A DNA stretch of 64,000 nt, taken from the NCBI GenBank assembly GCA_951406725.2, contig OX597829.1, positions 38,874,001-38,938,000 of the forward strand, given 5' to 3'. Positions 15,362 through 30,969 of the stretch are shown here, piece after piece; position 1 is the stretch's first letter; the number at the start of each line of letters is the position of its first letter. Under the pieces are notes generated by a model. It saw nothing but the letters and a program-made list of their open reading frames with translations, had not been told where the DNA came from and searched no databases. The position numbers and the translations under genes were made by a program. The DNA is from Octopus vulgaris (Eukaryota).

Positions 15362-17899
15362 GCTTTAAACCATCTTTTATATCAATTATACACTGATGTA
15401 AGAACGGATTGTTTATAAAGCTTGAAACACGTGTACCGCGATATCCTTTGTGTTCTGTTTTTAATTTTATTTGATATATATATATATATATATATATATA
15501 ATCATCATTTAACATCCATTTTCCATACTGGCACTCTGACAGAAAACTAGTTGGACAAGCTTGTATAGCATGCTATGTATCACTGGGCAATCATTGGGCT
15601 CCTTGTCAAATGGAGTACTTTTTTTTTTATTGATCCCATCAATAACACAACACTGTATATGTACACACACACACATGAGAGTGTTACCTTAATCTGGTGG
15701 TTAAGGAGATCACTTGCACAAGTAAGGACTTAATACATCTGAATATAGAGAAGAACGCATTAATTCGGGGTGTCCAATAATTGTACAAAAGTTTCATGGC
15801 ATAATGGCTTCTCAAAGACTGCTTGAAAAGAAACTGTTAAGCCCTGATCTATTGTTTTGGGGACTTTTGTATGGATGATATACCCACTGTAGTGTGTGTG
15901 TGTGTGTATGTACATATGTATGTACATATGTATTTACATATTATACATATACACATATGGTACATATATACACACATTAATTTGTTTCCAAATGATTTAT
16001 CCTGGCATTACTCTGAGTTTTTTTTCTATGTATCATTCATCAACCAGAGGGTTACACACAGCATGAAACTGGGAATAACTTTACAATGTACCTTAAGTAC
16101 ACTTTCTCCAATATATACACCCACATACACGTTAAGCACTCAGATTTTTAATTAAAAATACATTAAGCTTCAAAATTTAAACATTAATTCGTATTTGATT
16201 ACAGGTCAGACTAGAAATGTTTCGAATTAATTTGACAAATATATACACACATAACATATACATACACCAACTGCAACAAATGCTTTATTCTCCATATAAA
16301 CATATATATGCATGTGCACATACGAAGATGCACACAAAAATGCATGCACACACACACACAGACAGACACGTGCATACAGATAGTAATCAACATAAAATAT
16401 CACATTTTAAAAATTTATTTTTGGCTGTTATTGTTGTTATTTGAATGGGTAGGAGAAAATTCATTGATAAAATTATATTATAATAAATTAATAAATTGTT
16501 AATCACATTTTCTTTTATGGCCGAGGGAGGACAGGGTGGAAAGGTTTTTTGCTTTGTTTTTTTTTTCCTTTTTTTTGTTTTTCTTTTAAAATATTTGATA
16601 AAATTCTAAAACAAATAATAATAATAATAATCTTTTCTACTAAAGGCACAAGGCCTGAAATTTTGTGGGGAGGTGACTAGTCAATTACATTGACCCCAGT
16701 GCTCAACTGGTACTTATTTTATTGACCCTGAAAGGATAAAAGGCATAGTCAACTCCAGTGGAATTTGAACTCAGAATGTAAAGACAGACAAAATACCAAT
16801 AAGCATTTCACCCAGCATGCTAACAGTTCTGCCAGCTCACTGCCTTAATAATAATAATAATAATAATAATAATAGTAATAATAATAATAATGAGTGAATG
16901 ATGATGATGGTGTTTAGTCAACGACGTGTTTGGTAATCTGAAAACAAATTACATTACGTATTGAAATAACATTCAGTGAAAGCCATTTTCTAACTACGAG
17001 CAATGTAGATGGTTAAACACACATACATGTAGACGTATATAAACAGTAAAAAAAAAACATGTAAACATACAACACAGAGAATTTAAATACTTAGTAATAT
17101 AATTCCATTGCATACGTGAATGCACGCATACACACATATATATATATTTTTCTTACATCAATTTGTAAGCAATCACACACACATGCACACACACACACAC
17201 AAATGAGCATGCATGCGTTTATGCATAAATATATTGTACCTTTAAACTGAAGATCCAGTCTTGACACATCATCAGTTCTGTTGAGAATTACATTAACAGT
17301 ACATGTACCTATGGAATGCACACTCACATTAGTTCAAGCAACAGGCAGCATAATTTATTACACAACTAGACAGTCATATATTTCTCAATGGGAGAAACCA
17401 CCATATATATATATTACACACACACACACACATGCATGCATATTATCATTATATATTTCTATATATACTTATATAAATATATATTATATATTTAATAATT
17501 ATTATTTGAGGGAATATTATTCCTAACTTACAGGGAAAAATTCAATTTAGAAATACTAAATCAAATTTCACAAAATATAATATATATATATAAAAATTAG
17601 AAAAAAAACACCTTTTATCAATTCAAAATGAACAATTAAATTACACCATCTAGAAAATTACATATAATATAATATAAATATATATTATATATACTTATAT
17701 AAATTATCGTTATTGTTTCCAAGACAACTTCTCTGCATTTGAGGTTGTTCTACAGCCAGATGCCCTTTATGTCTGTCCTCAGATCATATCCATTTCCAAA
17801 TTTCCAAGCAAGGTAATATTTTTCCCTATATATTGGCCTAGATGTCTCTCCACACCACACATTGAAATGTCCGTAATGCAAGACGTGACAAATCTGCCC

Positions 17900-18450
17900 C
17901 AGAGTGCAAGAATGAGATCCCTAAGGAGAGGAAAATACTTATGAAAAAACTAAGATTGCAAACCAACTAAACAAACATTTCAGAAGTGGTAAAAAAGTTC
18001 CACAAGAAAACAACACTGATGGAGATTGAGAAAAGTTTGAATCAATCCCATGAAAAAAGTCTGAGTTGTAAAAAAAAAACAATAAAGCCAAACCCCCAAA
18101 GCTTCTTTAACTTGCAAAGCAAAAGAGCCTCTGTACACTACAAGATAGAGTACCTCTTCCAAAAGGACAGCTCTTTCACAGGAAACCCAGTGAGGGTAAG
18201 AGAAATACTGATTGCATTCCCTGAATCAGTGCACAATTTCGGTATTGACATGAGTAATGATGATTCTTTCCAGGGGTATATTACTAAATTGGCAATAAAA
18301 TGCAGGCAGTTGGCTAAATAGATTCTTTGAACTTACAGAATAAGAGAATAGGAATCCATGATGGTTCTCTGGAGGACATATGTTCTCAGCTGTTTAGACT
18401 ACTCCTTCCAACTGTAGTTACCACACAACATAAAATTAATGGCAGGACAA
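17900..18450 (+). mobile_element. Internally deleted fragment of a related CR1/L2-group LINE
   Basis: LMEIEKSLNQSHEK..IKPNPQSFFN matches the 21130-21480 region. It then jumps to C-terminal LWRTYVLSCLDYSFQL. Confidence 0.6.
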
Positions 18451-19021
18451 GGAGACCTGGGTAATAAAAAAATATGAAATCAAACCCTAAAGCTTTTTTT
18501 AACTTTGCCAAAGAGATGGCCTCAGCAACTTCCAGTTTATATTATAAGATCCCACTGGAGAGATTTCTGGTGATCTGTATAAATATATGGGTCAGTGGTT
18601 GTATAAATATATGAGACAAGCTTACAACTGTGAGTTATGAGTTCAATTCCAAGAGCAGGCAGTGTGTTGAGTTCTTGGGCAAGATACATTATTTCACGTT
18701 GCTCCAATTCACTCAGCTGTAGAAATGAGTTGCAATGTCACTGGTGCCAAGCCTTATTGACCTTTGTTTTTCCCTTGGATAACATCAGTGATGTAGAGAG
18801 GGGAGACTGGTATGCATGGGTGACTGCTGGCCCTCCACAAAACACCTTTGCCTGGACTTGTGCCTCAGAAGGAAACTTTCTATTGTCAGTCATGACCACA
18901 GGAGGTGTCATTACTGACAATATATATATATATATGTAAATTTATATGTGTGTGTGTAAATTTATATGTATATGTAAATTTTCATATGTATATATATGTA
19001 ATTTTATACATATATATATAC

Positions 19022-19054
<33 letters not shown>

Positions 19055-19172
19055 CATATATATATGTAAATTTATATATATATATATATGTGTGTGTGTA
19101 TATATGTAAATTGTTATTTATATATAATATATATAGGTGTGGGAGTGGCTTGTGGTAAGTAGCTTGGCTTAC

Positions 19173-20130
19173 CTCATTGCGCATGTGCGAGTCAGTGTTG
19201 TGTTTGGCACTGAAGCGGTGAGGCATGCTTTTGAAGCCGTCCTAAATTGAAAAATTTTGAAGCTCCATTGTAAGGTAGGATTCTGTTTTTTTGGGTCCAG
19301 TGGGAATTTTTGTTGAGAATTTTTTTTTGTACAGGCAGGAAGTCCTACTGGATTTGGAATTCTGGTTCTGCCTGCATGGAGCGAATATTTTTCTTGCTTA
19401 ATTGTGAGAATTTTTGTTTGGGGGCATATTCATGTTCCTAGTTAGAGGTTTATGTTGAGTGAATATTTTTCTCAATTATGAGAATTGTTGCTTGGAGGAG
19501 TATTGTGCCTACTAAAAATTTGTTCATTTTGAAGAATTTAAAAATAATTGTGAGAACTGCTGTTTGGAGGAGTGTCTTTGCCTCTGAAGATTGAACAATT
19601 GTGGGAAGAAAATAATGAGGGCTTGAGTATGTGGGCTGCCGCCTGGAATTCAGTCTGAATGGACAGAACAGACCTTTCGTAGAAGTCTGGGCAGTAGTGG
19701 AACCAAGCCCCTCAGTGTTAGGGTTGAGGCCGCAACTGATTGGACAGGGTCAAAAGCAGTTTCGACCCTTTAGACCCAGTCGGCCGGAGACCTAGTATTC
19801 CCTGATTTTTTTGTAATGGCTGGGGCCAGGTATCCAGTGATCCTTGAGGGTTGCCCACCCCCAAGTGTCACCTGTGCCTGGAACCAGGCCACATCAAAAA
19901 GAACTGCCCCCAGAGCTGAGGTAAGGCCTTGAAGCAGAGGAAAAAAGAAAAGGTGCCCTCTGTCACCACCCCATTGGAGAGGGAGATGGAAGAAGTGGTG
20001 GATGCAGTTGCCTCCCCGAAAAGGAAAAGAAAGGCGAGCAACAATGGTTGATCACCAAAAGACATACAGGTCAGTGGGAATTGGCCACCACTAACACCTA
20101 CTCCGATATCGCACCCATGCTCCTACAGAA
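19173..20130 (+). mobile_element. 5' region/ORF1 remnant of an L1/Tx1-like retroelement with a CCHC zinc knuckle
   Basis: CHLCLEPGHIKKNC (CX2CX4HX4C) at 19866-19907, preceded by VILEG.PP. This frame is not in the ORF track. Confidence 0.5.
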
Positions 20131-20209
20131 TATTGGGGGTTTGCTACAACTCAGCAACAGAAGTAAAATTCACTATCTCAAAGAGCTTGCTACATGCAAT
20201 CAAGCAATA

Positions 20210-21910
<1,701 letters not shown>

Positions 21911-21914
21911 TAAA

Positions 21915-22620
21915 TACTCAGCATGTGATTGATTCACATGGAGGTATACGGACCTATGTCCAGCATGTGTACAGATCAATTATCTTCCACCCAGTAAGAA
22001 GCTGGGACAAGTTAAATTTTTACCAATTACCATGAAGTTACAGAATGAGAATATTGTGAGCAAAGAATCTGCCTGCTAGAAGATCCTACAACAACTACAA
22101 CTTGTTATAGAAGAATGTTCTATTCTCTCGGACTTGGATTGCCTTCTTCACTGTATTCTCGCCTTCCTTGAAGACATTCAGTAAAAAATACCACTGCGCA
22201 ACCCCAGAACCACCAGGCAGATTAGGGATGCTGAAGGCCCATGTTCATTTCCTGCTGAGGGATGAGAGCCAACTTTTAAGGTGTTTGGTAATGTCACAAA
22301 GTACAGAACTGATTTTATTACTGAGTCTCTGACTGAGATGATCAAAGACCTGGTGTCTTCCATCAAGAAATCTGAAATCATGCCAATGATGATTATACTG
22401 CTGCCATCTAGAGGTTGAACAAGATGCGTCCTTTACACACCATCACAGACCCCATATGATATGTCATCTGTTCACGGGCTGGACGTAGTTCACGGGCTGG
22501 ACGTAGTTCACGGGCTGGACGTAGGTCAGTATGCCTCCATGTATACCTCAGGCAGACATTATTGAATGTATAGTACAGAGACCAACACGTTTCAAGCAGG
22601 GATCCAATTGAAGTGAAGAT
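21915..22620 (+). mobile_element. Highly decayed, possibly Gypsy-type pol remnant
   Basis: Scattered pieces in pol order: GGIRTYV, FYQLP, RRM..ILSDLD, ITD.., SMPP.I and QHVS. Weak. Confidence 0.3.
22468..22523. repeat. 3 x 18-bp tandem repeat gttcacgggctggacgta
   Basis: Three identical units. Confidence 0.95.
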
Positions 22621-23549
22621 AGTGATATCCCCCTGAAAATTCCTGTACATTGCCACAAACTCACAAAAGTCTTGTCTCAGCAAAGAAATCACAGCTCAAT
22701 GTGATTTTTGTTTACCTCGATGACTGTATTCTTGGAGACAATAAAATATGAATTGTGTGTGTGTGGGGGGGGGGGGGCATGATATTGTGATCAGGCACAG
22801 ACAGGATTGTGTAAATAGATGCTGATGTGGGCTGTACGGCTAAAAAAATTCATTTCTCAATGATGTGGCATCTGGTTCAATGCCACAACACAGAAGCATG
22901 GTTATGAGTCTTCAACTATAGCCATGGATGACCAAAATCTTGTGAGTGGGGTTTGGTTTGTGTGTATGTATGAGCATGTGCATGCCTGTCTGTTTGTTTA
23001 CATTTATATTTCCCCCCCCAAATTGCTCAACTATAGACAGCGATATCCCTGTCATTTCTCCTGTCAACAGGGCACCTGCTGGTTTTGCATTTTGAGGACA
23101 TTGTGGAATAAGATAGCTGCTTTTTATGTGAAATAATGAAGGTAGGGTTTGGCATAGAATGAGCATCTAGCAGCAAAACAATTTCTCAATAACATATACC
23201 TCCAACCAATGCTAGCAAAGAAGCATAAATAAACAGACATAAAAACAAAGGAAAAAGATAAAAGTGTATGTATATATATATATATACATATATATAAAGT
23301 GGAAAGATAATTTTTTTTTAACACATAAATACTGAATAGTATGTATAAAGGATGAAATCCTTTTTTTAAGAGCAGAAAAATTTGCCAGCAAACTTTTCTG
23401 CTCTTAAAACAGATATTATCCTTTATATATACTGTTCAGTATTTACGTGTTAAAAAAATAATCTTTCTACTTGTTCTACAATACATTTCAACGCTTCAAA
23501 AACAAACTTATGTTTGTTTACATATGATGTAATATAGATATATAAATGT

Positions 23550-23582
<33 letters not shown>

Positions 23583-23594
23583 CACATACATACA

Positions 23595-23625
<31 letters not shown>

Positions 23626-23708
23626 ATATACACACATACATATACATATATACATACATATACATATATACATACATATACATATATACATACATATACA
23701 TATATACA

Positions 23709-23739
<31 letters not shown>

Positions 23740-23741
23740 AT

Positions 23742-23919
23742 AACTTATAAATAAGGGCAAACGAAAAGATTTCTAATGCCAAATATGCTGAAATTAGACA
23801 CCCTGTCCATAACCATATAATTTTTCACAATTTTGAAAAATTATATGGTTATGTACAGAGTGTCTAATTTCGGCATATTTAGCATTAGAAATTTTTTCGT
23901 TTGCCCTTATTTATAAGTT
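23742..23919. repeat. Long foldback between TA tracts
   Basis: About 85-bp complementary arms centred near 23830; the right arm continues to about 24006. Confidence 0.9.
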
Positions 23920-24559
23920 GTTTATAAATTTAACCTTTAAAGGTATTTTTTAATATGCTGGCCATTGATAAAATTTTTTTAAAAAAAATTTTTATCCTAC
24001 ATTAAATATATATATATGGTAGAAATACAGAATCCTTAGTAAATAGTATATATTTGAAAAACAAAGAAGCATGATGTTCCTGATCATTTTCCCCAGTTTA
24101 ATGATTGGAGGTTAACAAATGATATCATGATAGTTTAACTTTCAGTATTCAGGTGTGTTTCAAAAAAAAAAATTTTTTTTTTTAAAGGAAGAGTGGTGTA
24201 TCTGATTTGAGATTCAATTCTTTCTTAAAGTCAATTTTTGAACTGTTCTTTTGTTTTTATTGGTATTAAGAAATGGAGGATTTTCACACAACAAACAAAA
24301 AAGTCCATCATTCCTCAAAGAAACTCAAAAGTTCAACTATGTACAGGTGTAAAAAGAAGTAGGACAAGACACAAAGGTAACAGAAATCACCAGAGGCCAA
24401 ATAAAAGACCCAGCAGAACAACCTTTAAACCAACAAACAAGAGTTTACTTGCTCAGAGATAACCAGCCTGAAGTATTGACATACAGAATACAAAATTCCA
24501 ACACAAAACACCCCTAACACAAATAAGAATCAAGAGATCTTTTATAAAAAAAAGGTGGG

Positions 24560-24890
24560 GGTGGGGAATGACACCATCACTGAAGGAATATTAGAAAACA
24601 CAAAATAATAACTTCATCCGAAAAAATATTATCTCAACAAGAAATTAAAATCTCAGAGAATGGTCTAATACTTACATCCACTGAGTCTAACAAAACCAAG
24701 CTTGTAAAAGACAAAAGAATTTTGCCAAAAATTATGATTACGTGAATTCTTCCTAGATGCTGAATATATTGATGAATCACTAGTCAAAAGCAAAAATAGG
24801 ATTCAGACAGAGATAAATACTTGAAACAATACATAACCTACCTATGGTGATCAGTACAATCCAATAGTACAGAGAGGAAATGTGAATCTA

Positions 24891-24930
<40 letters not shown>

Positions 24931-27010
24931 ATTACAGGTATTCAGTATTTTATAAAAAGACTCATCAATAATTATCTAAAAGCTGACAAGATTGGGGCAA
25001 TTATAAATAGGAATAAAAACCATTATAGAGGCATGGTTTTATAACAACTTGATGATAAAATCAAAGAGCCTGACCGAATAAAATCAATTATTTAACCAAC
25101 TTCAAAGACCAATAATTTTTATGGATTACCTAAAGTTCATAAATCAAAAACAAATTCAAGGTAAATATAGAACATACGTTGAAATTCCAAAACCAAGACT
25201 TGAAATTCCAATCATTTCCAAGCCTACATCAAATACACAACACCTATTAAATATAATACTTAAACCATTATGAAAAATGGTGCCGAGCTTCATCTGAAAT
25301 GATATGGACTTTCTAAGTTACATATCAGAAAGAATACACCGGGAAACAATATTCAGCTTTGATATAACAAGTATCAGGCCATTGAGAATGAAATGGGTGA
25401 ATTTTTTTATGTACCAAATTTGATAGTCATTAACTCTAATGTTTTATCCTGACAATTCTTTGTTTTACAACATAGAAGAATTACATCATCACTTTCTGAA
25501 ATGCAATTCATGGTGTCTGATTATATTGTGAGTTTTCTTTTGTAAATCAATTTCTGTGAACCCAGGGACAGATCAAAGATTTGTGTTGTTAATAAATATG
25601 AGTTCTGTCGTGGAACTAATGCATCCCAGACAGCTCGAAATATCTATGAAGTGTTTGGTGAAGATGTGGTGAATGAGCACACTGTATGTCGATGGTTTGA
25701 GAAGTTCTGGTCTAGTGACTTTACTCTTAGAAATTAGCTCTGTGGTAGAGCTGAGACCAAGGTGGATAATGACGAACTGGAAAGCAGCAAGGTTTGATGT
25801 CTCGATTCCAACTGTATTGGACCATTTGAAACAAATCAGCAAGGTAAAGAAACTGGACAAGTGAGTACCACATGAACTTAATGAGCATTAAATGACATGT
25901 TATCTTGGAACTTGCTGTTCTTTGCTGTCATAGCATAAAAGCAAACCATTTTTGCATTGTATTGTTACAGGTGACAAAAAATGGATTCTTTTTAACAATA
26001 GCAAGTGTTCTGCTTGGTGGTTGGAGAAGGACAAAGTGCCAAAACACAATCCAAAAAAGAATATTCACCAGAAGCTAATGGTGCCGGTTTGGTGGTCCAG
26101 TGCTGGTGTCATCCACTGCAGCTTCATGAGACCTTATAAGTCAATTACAGCAGATGTATACATCAACCAATTGGATGAAATGATGAGTGAACTTGCAATT
26201 AAACAACTGAGATTGGTCAATAGAGACAGGCCAATTCTCTTGCAAGACAATGCACACAGAACGCTACTCAAGATACAGGAACTGAACTTGGAAGTACTCT
26301 GTCATCTACCATATTCACCAGACCTTGCACCAACTGATTATCACATTTTCCAGGCATTAAACAACTTTTTACAAGGAAAAAACTTTAAATCTGAAGAAGA
26401 TGCAAAAACAGCCTTTTGTGATTTCATCACCTCTTACTCTCCAGAATTCTTCACTGTTGGCATAAATAAGCTTCTGATAAAATGGCAAAATTGTGTTGAT
26501 AATTTAGGTGCATTCTTTGATTAACTTCATTGCTTTTTTGTTGAGATAAAGTAAAATAAACTTTCAGTTCAAAATCAGATATTTCATTTTTAATGACCTG
26601 ATACATACATCAACATCCCACATGACTTAGAAAGTGAAGCCATGAACTTCTGGTTGACAAAACACCCAAATCATATTCAAGAAAGATTCTCAAAGTACTT
26701 AATTTTAGAAATAATGAACTTAATACTTGAAAATAACCATTTCTTCTTTGATGATAATTTGTATTTACAAATAAAAAAAATGGCATTGAGTACAAAAGTA
26801 GCCTCTACATGTGCAGCACTTAAGTGATTTTTAGAGGATAAATTTTACTTCCCAACTAACAGAAACAGTCAATCAACAATCCTCCATATAGATTTTTTAA
26901 AAAACCCAATAAAGGTGGTATCAAGATGACTATTCTATCTTTCAGAACAAAAATCCCAAAGACTAAGAAACTTCTATTTTCTTCTAAATAGCTACATGCT
27001 GCAAGTAATG
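24560..27010 (+). mobile_element. Decayed Penelope-like RT interrupted by the mariner
   Basis: KADK (about 24980) and FYGLPKVHK (25117-25143). SFDITS|TYINIPH is split by the mariner. ILENNHFFFDDNLYLQIK..MALSTKVAST follows it. Confidence 0.8.
25374..26601 (+). mobile_element. Full-length decayed mariner (DD34D) transposon
   Basis: TA target duplications at 25372-73 and 26602-03. TIRs TCAGGCCATTGAGAATGAAAT and rc TCAGGTCATTAAAAATGAAAT. Transposase motifs IVTGD, LLQDNA and YSPDLAPTDY in ORF 25952-26524. The N-terminal part is frameshifted. Confidence 0.93.
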
Positions 27011-27014
27011 CAAG

Positions 27015-28630
27015 ATTCCAAAACATGTACTCAAAAACAGAAAAGGTGGAGAAGTAAATACAAGAATTGAGGATCAGTGGAACTGAGTCACAACTTGATG
27101 AAACAGATGACTGCAAAACAGATAAAAAAATATAAGCTAATCCCAATGGAATGTCAGTGCTGTAAAATACCTAGAAAAGTTAAGCGTCACTTGGCAAATA
27201 CACTTCAAGAACAAATAGATAAAAATAAGACCCATCAATGGTTGGCTGCATCTGGACTTAGATCAGAAATAGAGTACTTTGTTTTAATAGCTTGGGTGCT
27301 GATCCTGTCTGCTGTTCTTGTAGTGCAGCTAGGGAAACAATTGACCACCACATCTCTGGATAATCTATACTCTTTTACTTGTTTCAGTCATTTGACTGCA
27401 GCCATGCTGGAACACTGCCTTTAATCGAGCAACTCGATCCCGGGACTTATTCTTTTGTAAGCCCAGTACTTATTCTATCGGTCTCTTTTGCTGAACCGCT
27501 AAGTAACGTGGATGTAAACACACCAGCATCGGTTGTCAAGCAATGCTAAGGGGACAAACACAGACACACAAGCACACACACGCATATATATATATATACA
27601 TATATACGACGGGCTTCTTTCAGTTTCCGTCTACCAAATCCACTCACAAGGCATTGGTCGGCCCGGGGCTATAGCAGAAGACACTTGCCCAAGGTGCCAC
27701 GCAGTGGGACTGAACCCGGAAACATGTGGTTGGTTAGCAAGCTACTTACCACACAGCCACTCCAATCTATGCTAGCCACACATGAACAAATTAATTACTA
27801 GGATAAATTTAGCCAGTATATACATTGACTCATAAATCTGGATTCCCATATGAGATGAATTGATGGGAACATAACCCTACCAAAATAGTAGAAAATAAAA
27901 ATACCACCATTCTTTGAGACTTCGGCATCCAAACTGATTGTGCTATACAGACTAATAAAAAAGTCATTGTGGTAAAAAATCATGGTGACAAAAGATGTCT
28001 ACCCGTGGATATGTCAATCTCATAAGCATGCAAGGATCAAGATTGATGCAATCAATACCTTAGCTATAATTGTTGTAACTTAATATTATAAAATGGTCGC
28101 TCAGTGAGATCAGTAAGATTGAAAAATACAATACACAAGTACCTCACAAGGCATTGCATGCATCACACAAAGGCAAGTGTAGATGGATTATACATCTCAT
28201 GAAAGGATGAAGGATGTTGACTGATTGCAGGTGCAACTGTCTCTAAAGACAGTAACCATAAGTGTAGATGCCTACCTAAAGAACACCCGTGACTAGATGC
28301 TTGAAGTATGAAGCCCCCACCCCCACCACCACTACCAAAATGTACTCAGTACAAACCAAATCAAATGGAATCTTACAGCTGCAAAATACATGGAAAGTAT
28401 ATGGACAGTGTATGACAAGTATTCTCCAAGAGCCAGTAGATATGAGTATGGCCCCTCTGCAAGTATGAAGGTACCAAAACAATGTACTCAGTATCAGAAG
28501 AAGCAAAGAAGCATATATATATAGGTACTGAGGATCAATGAAACTAAGACATGGTTAGATAAAACAGATCAGCCCATTAGGATTGCAAAATAGATAAAAA
28601 TACAGACCAATCACAATGGAATCTCCTTCT
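27015..28630 (+). mobile_element. Fragments of a second Dong/R4-type LINE
   Basis: IDKNKTHQWLAASGLRSEIE, DKFSQYIH and IL*DFGIQTD..IVVK. Interrupted by a SINE (27368-27763). 28480-28622 resembles 27020-27152. Confidence 0.6.
27368..27763 (-). mobile_element. SINE family A
   Basis: Full head-to-tail match to the other copies. Confidence 0.85.
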
Positions 28631-29130
28631 TGGAGGATTTGTAGAAACTATAGCTAACTAGTGATTTTTGTCAAAATTTTCTCCCTGTATTATAATTAAC
28701 ATTAAATTATACTAAAATTCTATTAATTTGGCAGTTTTCTTTCAGAACATTTTATCAAGATTAATTAATCAAATGAAAAACTAATGCTGAATTTGAATAC
28801 AGGTTAGTAAATGGTTTTTGGGGCAGCACTTGAAGCTGCCTTTATGCTTTGATAGGATCAGATATCATGCTTGGCACCGATTATCTGCTCTATTCAAGTA
28901 AATTCTGCTGCTACTGGTCTTTGTAGTCAAGGTCACTTGGCTTAATGACTTTGATATCAATGCTTTTAACTAACCCTATATTTATGACCTTATTCCACTA
29001 TCCACCTCTCAAAATTGGCTAGTTGGAGACACATCTACTTTAAATTTCTTAAATGTTGGTTATCTGATTAGAAATTTCAATTGCTGATAATCTGTTGATT
29101 AATCGAGAAGTCAATGCTTACTTGTATATT

Positions 29131-29232
29131 TGGTACCCTGATGAGTTGGGAGTTATGTAACATTATGCAATCGAATTGTATTATATTTATGTCACAATAA
29201 TGACTTCTAATGAAACAATTGTAGCAATACCA
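29131..29232 (+). ncRNA. Hammerhead motif with long stem II
   Basis: CUGAUGA-GUUGGGAGUUAU...AUGACUUCUAAU-GAAA-CAAUUG-UA|. Palindromic stem III; stem I imperfect (UGGUA/UACCA). Confidence 0.6.
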
Positions 29233-29347
29233 CATAAACCATTCATCTGCTTTGTTTTTATGCCATGCTTAAGTTTCCATTCATTGTTGGATACTTTTGG
29301 ATTTGTGGATTATCTAACATCGATATATATAAGTATATTTTTATTTT

Positions 29348-29386
<39 letters not shown>

Positions 29387-30150
29387 CTATATCATGAAAT
29401 ATATCTGCCACCTATATGTGGCTGTCCCATAGGGGATGATGCTACTGTTATTTATATCTCCAGGAAGACATCTCCTCCAACTGGCTAGCGACAAACTGTG
29501 TGTCTGATCAGTATTTGCAAAGGGAAATCATCATTCACATTTCTAGCCTTACGTGATACACACAGACCCAGGTTTCTGGGTAGTAACCCATCAGGTTACT
29601 ATGTGTGTGTGAATGAATGTATGTATATATAGGTTTCTAACACCTCAATATCTGGACATAAACTAAAATGTTATTAAAAAGAACTGATACCAATAAAAGA
29701 ACAATTTGAAAATTATTCTTAACCAAGAAACTCAGTCCCAAATGAGAGATCTGCTTATTTTCACAACCATCAGAGCACGAAGCATTCCTCATGACTGCAA
29801 GTTCATGATATGGTTGTGATTTGTAAACCATTTTGAGTAGGAACCGAAAAAGAAGTATGAACATCCAATGAACATGTGCACATTGAATTTGTAAAATGGA
29901 AAAGAATAAAAATAAAAATGCAATGTGAATGTCAAACAAGTTATATGAGGTCTGCATGCCGTCTGACACCACTATCACAGATTTGCTGTGATTTTCTTGT
30001 TCATATTAAAAAATAAAAAAAAAAAACCTGATTACTGAAAGAAAAAGTGAGTCATGATACGATTTGTAAGCATCTAAGCATTAAAATGGAACGAAATTAT
30101 CCAAGTCATACTTTTCCATCATTTGAAATATATATACAACACATTACATA

Positions 30151-30208
<58 letters not shown>

Positions 30209-30529
30209 GTGCATTCACATATATTGATATATTTCTACACATAACTACATACCTATCAATACAAATATTTATATAAATATATGCATATCTATATATATGA
30301 GGATTTATGTATATATAAATCCTCTTATATATATATATATACACACATATATATATATATGTTTAAATATTTGTTGTGCAAGATTTTTTATGTGAAGTCG
30401 TGTGTTGAAACAGATATTGTTATATTTCGGAATGGTCATATTGCCAGTTTAGCCAATAAAAACACACGCACTATATATTTGGTGTTATTTTGCTTCAGTG
30501 TTATTTATTTTTTACATTAATCTTATTTC

Positions 30530-30574
30530 GGCCAGAGTTCTTTCGTCACACTCCTGTGACCGCATCAGTGGTCC
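30530..30574 (-). ncRNA. Minimal type-I hammerhead ribozyme in the 3' pLTR (CUGAUGC core variant)
   Basis: GGACCA-CUGAUGC-G-GUCAC(aggagu)GUGAC-GAAA-GAAC-UC|UGGCC. Stem I CCA/UGG, 5-bp stem II, CUC cleavage triplet. Confidence 0.65.
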
Positions 30575-30969
30575 TTTGTCCCCTTCTTTCTTATCTGTGT
30601 CTCTCCTTACCAAACGTCAGCCATTTTGTATTTCTATTGTATGTCTTCATTTGCGCATGCTTATATCTCTATGTGCGTCTATGTTTATTTAGTGTGTTTG
30701 TGGGGGGATGCCTGTAATATTTGTATCTTCTGTTTATATATGTTCATGTAATGTGTATTTTGTTTTTGTTGTTTTTGTTTATTCCTATTTTGCTCATGTG
30801 TTTACATCCACTTATTATTATCATTACATATGCTTGTATGTATGTATAACAACAATACTAGTAATAATAATAAATCGAATCGAAAAAAAAAAATATATAT
30901 ATAGTTATTTATTTCTATTAGTTTATTTATCTGTGTATTTATTATGTTTTCGGGATCCTCTATCGTCAT

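Noticed and set aside
15155-15436. Two further hammerheads (15196-15223, 15393-15435)
   Set aside because: The cores are mutated (CUGAUAA, CUGAUGU) and stem I is weak or absent. Kept only as weak remnants.
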